Positions 54,919-61,991 of a DNA stretch of 61,991 nt are shown in pieces. This DNA comes from a virus. Lineage: Duplodnaviria; Caudoviricetes. The position numbers and the translations under genes were made by a program. The notes below the pieces were generated by a model. The model saw only the letters and a list, made by a program, of their open reading frames with translations. It made no database searches and had not been told where the DNA came from. The number at the start of each line of letters is the position of its first letter. The stretch's first letter is position 1. The stretch is from positions 1 to 61,991 of the IMG/VR virus record IMGVR_UViG_3300030328_003511. One strand, written 5' to 3'.

Positions 54919-54947
54919 TTTACTCCCATTTTATCCCATGTTAGAAT
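54919..54947 (+). promoter_or_regulatory. Sigma70 promoter (extended -10) with TCCCAT direct repeats
   Basis: TTTACT-N17-TAGAAT preceded by TG; TCCCAT at 54924 and 54934. Confidence 0.65.
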
Positions 54948-54973
54948 GTTTTTATAAATAAAAGGAGAAAACT

Positions 54974-55369
54974 ATGAAACAAATAAAGTTTAAATATAAT
55001 GACGGAGGTTGGAAAGGTGCCAAAAGAGGGGATTGTGTAATAAGAGCAATCTCAATCGCTACTGAAAGATCTTATGACTTAGTCTTTAATGAACTAATGG
55101 ATATGGCTAGGGAAAAACAAAATCTCCCTAATGATAAAAAAATTTATACGCCATATCTTAAAAAGTTGGGCTGGACTTGGGTACCAACAATGGGAATTGG
55201 AACTGGTTGTAGGGTTCACTTAAAAGCAAGTGAGCTCCCTAAAGGAAAGATAATTTGTAGATTAAGTAAACACCTGGTTGCAGTTATAGATGGAGTAATG
55301 AATGATACTTACGATAGTTCCAGATATGGGAATAGATGTGTCTATGGTTATTTTGCTAAATTAAAGTAA
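54974..55369 (+). CDS. Conserved hypothetical protein with Cys/His/Asp, possibly peptidase-like; oppositely oriented insertion
   Basis: GDCVIRAI...H.VAVIDG...DT.D; own promoter and RBS AAGGAG. Confidence 0.75.
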   Translation: MKQIKFKYNDGGWKGAKRGDCVIRAISIATERSYDLVFNELMDMAREKQNLPNDKKIYTPYLKKLGWTWVPTMGIGTGCRVHLKASELPKGKIICRLSKHLVAVIDGVMNDTYDSSRYGNRCVYGYFAKLK

Positions 55370-55753
55370 CTATTTTTTACCGTTACGAAATATTTGAGTT
55401 CCCTTTATACCAAAAACGCTCGCCACGACAAGAATCCATAAATTTGTAAACCATGTCGGCAATGATTGGAAATGTTCGAAGAAAATTTTTATCTTGTCCA
55501 TAGCAGCCGGATCCTCTGACCATACCCCATATGCAAGCACCAAAATCGGGAGTGTGAGAATTGCCAAAATTACCTCGTCCTTATAATCTGTTTGACGGGC
55601 TTCTAAAAGTTTTCCTTGGTAAGCTTCCTCACCTCGGGCTTGTTTTTCTGCGTGCATTAATTGAGCATCAGACATAGCTATCTTTGCTCTTTGCTTGTTA
55701 GCATAAATTTTACTTCCAGCGCTAACGGCTAATTTAATTGCTGATAACCACAT
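55370..55753 (-). CDS. Holin-like membrane protein
   Basis: KDE followed by two TM segments, P.W....W...VAS.FG and a basic C-terminus. Confidence 0.6.
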   Translation of the reverse strand: MWLSAIKLAVSAGSKIYANKQRAKIAMSDAQLMHAEKQARGEEAYQGKLLEARQTDYKDEVILAILTLPILVLAYGVWSEDPAAMDKIKIFFEHFQSLPTWFTNLWILVVASVFGIKGTQIFRNGKK

Positions 55754-55754
55754 A

Positions 55755-55904
55755 TTATTTACTCCTATAAATATCGTTTGGATTTATCTTACCTTGTGCA
55801 GCAAGTTTTTTCAAATCCCCTTTGGAAAGTTTACTAAAATCAATAGGCTCTTCTTTTTTATTTATTATCTTATTAGAGAAAAATTTTTTTATCCATTTCC
55901 ACAT
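55755..55904 (-). CDS. Hypothetical peptide, 49 aa
   Basis: Manual translation MWKWIKKFFSNK...DLKKLAAQGKINPNDIYRSK; coupled. Confidence 0.55.
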   Translation of the reverse strand: MWKWIKKFFSNKIINKKEEPIDFSKLSKGDLKKLAAQGKINPNDIYRSK

Positions 55905-56971
55905 TATTTAACTCCTGTAAATTTATGACCTCTAATGGCAGCGCCCATTCCTCTTATGCCATCCGGTCTATGCGGGCATGATCCAACATATTTTTTTGTT
56001 AGTTTACCTTTTCTTAATTTAACTGGTGGTACTTGTGGATTAGGCCCTCTCTTAGGAGGAACAGTTTTTGTTAAGCCACCTTTATCATATGCTTGAAAAT
56101 CTCCTAAAAAAGTCTTTTGTTTTTTTGGAGTCACAGTTGTTGGAACTGCCGTTGTCTTACATGGAGGTAAAGTTCCATCGGGACATCTAACAGGAGCTCC
56201 ATCTCCTCCAGTTTGAGGTACTTTGTTTCTATCTTTATATTTATTAAACTCTGTTTGAGATACATTTCCTTTTTTAAGTTTATTCTCCATTTCAATATCT
56301 TGTCTTAAATCACCTAAAGTTTTAGCATCCCATTTATCTACTCCACCTTTTTTAGTGCTTGCAATTTCTCTTATAGAATCAAGATCAAATTTATGTGTTT
56401 CTTTTGGAACATGAAATGCATCTGCAATAGCAGCAACAGGCCCTAATGGAATTGATCTCTTACCAATATTAATTGTACCTTTACGTGGAACCATTCCTAA
56501 ATCTTTTAAGTTTGATGCTTTTGTTCTATGAGTAAACTTAAGCATTCCTTTATTTCTTCTATTTGCAATTCCTTCTTTAAATTTTTCTAATGTAGATTTT
56601 TCTTTTTTCTTATTTAAACCTAAATATTTTTTTGTATTTTGTTGTTGAGTAAAATTAGGTGTTACTCCTACTGATACTGTTTTTTGAGAACCATCAGTAC
56701 CAGATCCTCCGTGAGTAATTCTTCTTTTTGTATTTTGTTCATTGCCAGTCCCTAAAGTTTTTGTTGCTAACTGACTTGCAGTTTTATTATACTCTGGATG
56801 TCCAGGAGGTGGTTTAGAAGATTTAGTATTATATTTAGAGGCATCAGCTCCTCCGCCACCTTGAGCTTTAAATACATGACCTCCTTTTTTATATTCTTTC
56901 TCCCATGATTTAGCAATTGAAGGTTTATTAATGTGCATCCATCTTCTTTGTTTTTCTGATTTAAATGGCAT
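55904..56971 (-). CDS. Basic low-complexity protein, probably internal virion
   Basis: MPFKSEKQRRWM N-terminus, several xxGG motifs, C-terminal GMGAAIRG.KF.GV. Confidence 0.7.
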   Translation of the reverse strand: MPFKSEKQRRWMHINKPSIAKSWEKEYKKGGHVFKAQGGGGADASKYNTKSSKPPPGHPEYNKTASQLATKTLGTGNEQNTKRRITHGGSGTDGSQKTVSVGVTPNFTQQQNTKKYLGLNKKKEKSTLEKFKEGIANRRNKGMLKFTHRTKASNLKDLGMVPRKGTINIGKRSIPLGPVAAIADAFHVPKETHKFDLDSIREIASTKKGGVDKWDAKTLGDLRQDIEMENKLKKGNVSQTEFNKYKDRNKVPQTGGDGAPVRCPDGTLPPCKTTAVPTTVTPKKQKTFLGDFQAYDKGGLTKTVPPKRGPNPQVPPVKLRKGKLTKKYVGSCPHRPDGIRGMGAAIRGHKFTGVK

Positions 56972-59361
56972 TATTTTTCCTTTTTAGTTCTTCTATCTTC
57001 AGCTGTTCTTTTCATTCTTTCCATCTGAAGTTTTGCTTCCGCAATATCTCTAGTTTGTTTTAATTTTGTATCTGCAATTCTAATTCTTTCAGCTGCTTGG
57101 TCTTCATTATTTTCTAATTTCATTTTCTCAATTTCTAATTTTTCACCAATCTCATCTTCTCTAATATCATTAGAGACCATATCTTGTTCAGATTTTCTTT
57201 GAAGATCCATAGCTTTAATATCTAGTTCTCTTTGTTTTAAAGCAACTAGAGGATCTTGCTGTTGACCCATTTGTTCAGATTGTGCAAGTTCCATAGTTAG
57301 TTCAGCTACTCTTTGCGCAATCATAGCAGATACTCTTAACTCAGCTGCTTCTGGATCATTTTGTAACATCTGTTGCATTTGTGGATCCTCTTGTATTAAT
57401 GCACCTACTTCTCCTTGAGCTAACATTGAAACGTGCTGTGAGATATGAGCTTGTAAAGCTTGATAAACTTGTGGATTAATTTGTACCATTCTCGTAGACA
57501 TAAAAGCTCTATGAGCTGTAATATGAGCTTGATGGTCTTGAGTTGGAAAAGCTATTAATGGTTTTTGGTATAATGCTTCCATGTTTTCTGTAGCCGGATC
57601 TTTTGGTGTAGGCTTTTCTTGAGGTATTAATAATTGATCTATATCTTGAGTTCCTAAAGCTTCGTATACTCTTCGATATGCTTCTCTTAAATTATGCATC
57701 ATTGGATTTGACATAGCAATTTTTAAATTCTCATTCGCCATTGTAACTCTTTGTGCCATACTCATAATATTAGGATCAGCAACTGGAATAACATCTACTC
57801 TGTCATCAAAATCTGATTGTTTTACTGCTTGGTCTGCGCCGTATACTGAATAAGGATAAATGGGTGGTAAGTACACTGCAAAAACTTTTGATAAAAGTCT
57901 AAACTCTCTTCTCATTGAATAGTAACATCTTTTGTGTATAGCGCTCATGACTCTCGAACCACGTTCTAATAATGAAACAGTTGTGCCCACAGCTCTATTT
58001 TGTAAATCATTACCAGTATCCATATTAGTAATTGCTGCAAACTTTTGCCCAGCTTGAACAACAAAGCCCATTAACTGGTATAATGTAGCAGATGGTTCTT
58101 TAAATGGTAAAATTTGAAATTGATCTTTAATATTTCCACCGGGTGCATCTACATCTCTAAATTCTCCTGGTTGAAAAGGTTGATCATCGTCTCTAATTCT
58201 TATACCTCTAGATTTAAATCCAGCTGGTAAATTAGATAGTGTACCAGCATCAAGTAATTGTCTTAATGATTGTGTAGCAGTTCTAGATAAACCACCTATC
58301 ATATGAGTTAAACCAAAACCATAAAATCCTAGTCCCGGTAAAAATTTAAAGTGAACAAAGTATTCTTTTCTTTTTTTAGTTTCATCATTCATATCGTAGT
58401 TACGATATATAGATAAAATCTTTCCAGAGCCTTCATCAATTGTAACAATGTATGGAACTTTAACTTCTTTAGATTTATCGTTGTATTCAAAATCTTCTAA
58501 ATTACAATCAACATGCATTTCTAAAATTGAGAATGAAGTTTGTCTATCAGCTGCAGGAGTTACTCCTTCTAGCTCTTGATATTTTTTTTGAATTTCTGTA
58601 GGACCTGCTGCAGTTGGTTTTAATTCTACATCTCTATAAAATCCAGCTGCTTGTTTTTTAAGTATCTCGTTTTCCCCCATTTTAATAACATGAGTAATTC
58701 TTTCGCATTCCATTAAATCAGTTGCATAATAAGGTACAACTAAATCTTCAGCTGGAATAAATTTAGATACAGCTCTTTGCATTATTTCATCGTAATAAAC
58801 TTTTTTAAAAGCGGATCCAGCAAGAGCAAGATAAAATAACAACTGATCAAACTCTGGAGTGTATTCTTCCATTTCTTCCATAATCATATAGTTCATGAAA
58901 TCTTGAACACGTTGAGCTTGATTCATTTTTGCATTATCTTCTACACCTAGGACTCTTGTTCTTACTGGCCCATGGGAAGGTAATAATTCTTTATAAGCTT
59001 GTGCTTGAAATTGTGTAACTGCTTCAGATAAAAGTGGATGCGTAACAGATGCTGAACCTCTAAATGGTCTTGTCATTTCTCTTTGGTTTAAACCAAGGAG
59101 ATCTAAATTATTTGTGTAAGATGTTTCCCAATCTTTTCTTGAGATTCTATCTTTTTTAAAATCGTCAAGCAATTGATTAGACATTCTCTGTAATACTTCA
59201 TCAGACATATCTAAAGCTAAGTTGCTAAAGAATGCTTCAGTTTCATTTACAGTTTCTTCGACTGTCGTAGTCCCAGTATTTTCTGATTCTACTTCAACAT
59301 CGATTTCTTCTGTCTGAGGAGTTTCTGTCTCCTCAACAATTGCTTTTTCGATTTCAGCCAT
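56971..59361 (-). CDS. Portal protein
   Basis: HPLLSEA.TQFQAQAY.EL, GSAFKKVYYD, FLPGLGFYG.GL and RQL.DAGTLSN motifs; near terL. Confidence 0.9.
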   Translation of the reverse strand: MAEIEKAIVEETETPQTEEIDVEVESENTGTTTVEETVNETEAFFSNLALDMSDEVLQRMSNQLLDDFKKDRISRKDWETSYTNNLDLLGLNQREMTRPFRGSASVTHPLLSEAVTQFQAQAYKELLPSHGPVRTRVLGVEDNAKMNQAQRVQDFMNYMIMEEMEEYTPEFDQLLFYLALAGSAFKKVYYDEIMQRAVSKFIPAEDLVVPYYATDLMECERITHVIKMGENEILKKQAAGFYRDVELKPTAAGPTEIQKKYQELEGVTPAADRQTSFSILEMHVDCNLEDFEYNDKSKEVKVPYIVTIDEGSGKILSIYRNYDMNDETKKRKEYFVHFKFLPGLGFYGFGLTHMIGGLSRTATQSLRQLLDAGTLSNLPAGFKSRGIRIRDDDQPFQPGEFRDVDAPGGNIKDQFQILPFKEPSATLYQLMGFVVQAGQKFAAITNMDTGNDLQNRAVGTTVSLLERGSRVMSAIHKRCYYSMRREFRLLSKVFAVYLPPIYPYSVYGADQAVKQSDFDDRVDVIPVADPNIMSMAQRVTMANENLKIAMSNPMMHNLREAYRRVYEALGTQDIDQLLIPQEKPTPKDPATENMEALYQKPLIAFPTQDHQAHITAHRAFMSTRMVQINPQVYQALQAHISQHVSMLAQGEVGALIQEDPQMQQMLQNDPEAAELRVSAMIAQRVAELTMELAQSEQMGQQQDPLVALKQRELDIKAMDLQRKSEQDMVSNDIREDEIGEKLEIEKMKLENNEDQAAERIRIADTKLKQTRDIAEAKLQMERMKRTAEDRRTKKEK

Positions 59362-59946
59362 TTAGAAAGTTTCTGTATATAATTTTCCGTTTAACTTAGT
59401 ATTAACCATCACACCACCTCTAGCTTTTATTACACCACCAGAAGATTGATATCTAGCACTAAGTCCTTTTTTTGTACTTTTTTTAATTGCTGTCTCAGCT
59501 GCTTTATCAGATATTTGTGAGTTAGCTATTTTTTGCTTAATTGCTGCACTTCTTCTTCCGCCGCTGCCAGCTGGTCTAACAGAAGTAGATGATTTGTAAG
59601 TAACTTTTCCACTATCAGAAACACTTGATACTTTAGGATTCTTTGCAGCTAAATTTCTTGCTCTTTCTCCTCTACTAATATTTTCATTAACCTGTGGACC
59701 GTGGCCCGTCATTCTAGATTGAAAAGGTGATGATTTACTTGCTGGGGCTTTTCTATCCATTCCCATATTCTTAGATAGCATTCCCGGTTTGTTTGCTTTT
59801 CTTCTTGCAATAGCGCTTGCGCTATCTCCACCTCTTCCACTATCTACATTAGCAGCACCTCTGCCACCCATTAATTTACTTGCTCCGTAGATTGCTCCGG
59901 CTGCGACTGCAGCTCTCTTAAGTCTTTTTTTCCATTTTTTTCCCAT
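59362..59946 (-). CDS. Basic low-complexity protein between terL and portal
   Basis: RBS AAGGAG; C-terminal SSGG...ARGG. Confidence 0.65.
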   Translation of the reverse strand: MGKKWKKRLKRAAVAAGAIYGASKLMGGRGAANVDSGRGGDSASAIARRKANKPGMLSKNMGMDRKAPASKSSPFQSRMTGHGPQVNENISRGERARNLAAKNPKVSSVSDSGKVTYKSSTSVRPAGSGGRRSAAIKQKIANSQISDKAAETAIKKSTKKGLSARYQSSGGVIKARGGVMVNTKLNGKLYTETF

Positions 59947-59957
59947 TGGGTTCTCCT

Positions 59958-61439
59958 TTAATAATATATATATTTTCGTTCTTTCATACTTTTAACCTCA
60001 TCCTCGTCAGAATAAGTTGTAACAAAAGAACCTTGTCGGTATCTTAACATAGCTTGAGTAGTGCTGTCCACATAATCATCATATTCTCCATGAGGAAAAG
60101 CTGCACATTCCTCTATTACTTCATGAGCCCAATGTTCGTCTCTAGGGTAGTAAACTTGCCCACTTTCAAAAATTGGAGAGCAAGCGTTGACCCGTGAGTG
60201 TTTGTCCTGTCCTCGTCCGGGGGTGTAATCCATAACAGGTATACCCATTTTACGAAATTCTTGTAATAAACTTTGTCCACTTGCTTTAGCTTCGATGATT
60301 ACTGTTTCTGGTTGCCAGTATTTATATTGATCTAAAGCAACAGCTTTTAATTCTGGAAAATCATATTTACCTTTAATAGCATCTATTAACATAATTGCAT
60401 CGGGCTCACCTTCGTGAGGCGTGAATATTCCCCATGTAGTAATAGCTGAGTAGTCGGCAGTTTCTTTTTTACTAAAAGCCGTGTCGTACGATTGTATAAC
60501 ATGTTTTAAAGTAGGAATATCCTCGGGCCACGGAACCCACCAATCTCTTTTTAAGATTGCTCCTTCTTCTGAAGTTGGATTCTGCATGTATTGTGCAGAC
60601 CAATTCCTAATGGATATAGACGCTTTAACTTTTTCCAATTCATCTAAAGACCAATACTCTGGCCAAACCGGTACTGGGTTGTCTTCACCCATTAATGCAG
60701 GGAAAGAAATTTTTTCCCACTTGTCAGCTTTAGGTTCATTCTCTGCTTTTATTAATCTTCCTGTTAAATCATCTTGAGCCCATCTTGTCATTACAAGTAC
60801 AATTGAGCCTCCGGGTTGTAAACGTTGTCTGGGTCCCGATAAGTACCAGTCGTAAGTTCGTTCCATTGCAGAATCAGATAATGAATCTTGTTCCGTGTGT
60901 GGATCATCGATAATAAGTAAGTCCGCCCCTCGTCCTGTGATAGAACCGCCAACACCCGCTGCAAAATATTCCCCACCATGATTGGTCTCCCAACGTCCTT
61001 TTGCCTTACTATCTTCTCGTAGTTTAACATCTCCAAAGATTTGTTTATACTCTGGGCTATCAATTAAATTTCTTACCTTAGCACCGAACCTTGCTGATAA
61101 CTCTGCGTTGTGGGACACTTGCATTAATTTCATTTTAGGATACTTCCCTATCATCCAAGCTGGAAAGTATATAGATGCAAATTCTGATTTAGTATGTCTA
61201 GGAGGCATGTTTACTATGAGCCTTCCTTTTTTATCTGCAGCTATCTTTGTAAACTCATGAGCTATATGTTGATGGTGGCCCCATTTGTTTGGGTCCTTTT
61301 CAGTTCTACAAATAAAATCTGGCCAAACATTTTTTACAAAATATAAGAAGTTATCTTGGCATAATTTAATATGTCTAAGCCACACCTTTTCGAGCCTCTC
61401 TCGTAACTGATCGGTGGTCAATAAATCTGTATCGGTCAT
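59958..61439 (-). CDS. terL: Terminase large subunit
   Basis: Walker A variant PPRHTKS, Walker B LLIIDDP, nuclease residues SYDTA and DDYVD. Confidence 0.95.
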   Translation of the reverse strand: MTDTDLLTTDQLRERLEKVWLRHIKLCQDNFLYFVKNVWPDFICRTEKDPNKWGHHQHIAHEFTKIAADKKGRLIVNMPPRHTKSEFASIYFPAWMIGKYPKMKLMQVSHNAELSARFGAKVRNLIDSPEYKQIFGDVKLREDSKAKGRWETNHGGEYFAAGVGGSITGRGADLLIIDDPHTEQDSLSDSAMERTYDWYLSGPRQRLQPGGSIVLVMTRWAQDDLTGRLIKAENEPKADKWEKISFPALMGEDNPVPVWPEYWSLDELEKVKASISIRNWSAQYMQNPTSEEGAILKRDWWVPWPEDIPTLKHVIQSYDTAFSKKETADYSAITTWGIFTPHEGEPDAIMLIDAIKGKYDFPELKAVALDQYKYWQPETVIIEAKASGQSLLQEFRKMGIPVMDYTPGRGQDKHSRVNACSPIFESGQVYYPRDEHWAHEVIEECAAFPHGEYDDYVDSTTQAMLRYRQGSFVTTYSDEDEVKSMKERKYIYY

Positions 61440-61622
61440 ATATAATTCACTATATCCTAGGGTCCCCTAAAAAGAAACCCTATTCATTAGAAGCCTTACT
61501 ACTTCTATTTGTCATGCAATGTTAAGGGAAATAAAATAAAATAAAAAATAAAATAGTTAAAAAATAAAAAAAATAAAAATTTATTTTTTTGAGTTTTGGT
61601 TGGTACCTCTACGGAATTTTAA

Positions 61623-61680
61623 CTGCGCCTGCAATGCAGGCGCAGAAGGGAAACTGGGCTACAACTCTAGGTTGTAGCCC
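61623..61680. other. Two adjacent GC-rich hairpins upstream of terL
   Basis: ctgcgcctgca-a-tgcaggcgcag and gggctacaac-tctag-gttgtagccc. Confidence 0.7.
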
Positions 61681-61735
61681 TACTCTTTACCGATAGTCAT
61701 GCAGGGTTAATTAACTCTCATGACAGTAAGTAAAT

Positions 61736-61942
61736 TCAATTCATCTGCTCCAGATATTGAATTCGTTTATCTATGCATTTTTTAACTTTATTAATAAAGT
61801 TATGAAATAATAAATCTGATTTATTAAAATTCTTAAAATAGAAAATATTATCATCAGTATTATTATAAGCCTTAACTTTGGTTGTAGGCGCAACAGCGCC
61901 CACAATTTCTATTTGATACCCTTTATATTTAAACGGAATCAT
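61736..61942 (-). CDS. Hypothetical protein spanning the terminal repeat
   Basis: Starts 2 nt after the stop of ORF 54..407 on the circular map. Confidence 0.6.
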   Translation of the reverse strand: MIPFKYKGYQIEIVGAVAPTTKVKAYNNTDDNIFYFKNFNKSDLLFHNFINKVKKCIDKRIQYLEQMN

Positions 61943-61991
61943 ATTTATTTAATCTCCAATTTGTAATTGGTTCTTAATTCGTTTGATTCGC
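61892..61991. repeat. Terminal direct repeat, copy 2
   Basis: 99/100 identity to bases 1-100. Confidence 0.95.

Noticed and set aside
666-61260. Many antisense or alternate-frame ORFs in the track (e.g. 666..878, 4091..4501, 35402..35728, 35765..36139, 45374..45715, 48272..48499, 51995..52354, 60481..60777)
   Set aside because: They overlap well-supported genes and show no convincing RBS or motifs; treated as shadow ORFs.
1-61991. Stop-codon reassignment or prophage with host flanks
   Set aside because: Core genes are full length in the standard code, and no host genes, att sites or integrase were recognised.

Overview
The window is an apparently complete, circularly closed genome of about 61.9 kb from an AT-rich tailed dsDNA phage. 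Bases 1-100 recur at 61892-61991 with one mismatch. Gene content suggests a marine podovirus-like phage resembling SAR11 pelagiphages of the HTVC023P type; this is inferred from recalled gene content, not from a search. Nearly all genes are on the minus strand. Modules: TerL, portal, GroES, scaffold and major capsid (about 49.3-61.4 kb); a lysis region interleaved with tailoring enzymes (41.5-49.2 kb); tail, adaptor and internal virion genes with two glycosyltransferases (22-41 kb); a replication block (Leu762 PolA, LAGLIDADG endonuclease, SF1 and SNF2 helicases, AEP primase, exonuclease; 12-22 kb); and a small-gene region separating terS from terL. No integrase, RNA polymerase, ribonucleotide reductase, tRNA or CRISPR array was recognised. 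The most unusual signals are non-coding: Irr/ICE-like iron boxes in a genome with about ten Fe(II)/2OG oxygenases, a chromosomal-type parS palindrome inside the scaffold gene, an NrdR-like box, a recurring ATCYYAT promoter motif, two tandem RNA-like units complementary to early-gene ribosome-binding leaders, iteron-like repeats, and an over-represented CGTG-N3-CGTG motif. Protein-level highlights are a halogenase-carbamoyltransferase-oxygenase cluster, an ArfA-like peptide and a shared xxGG motif in internal virion proteins.
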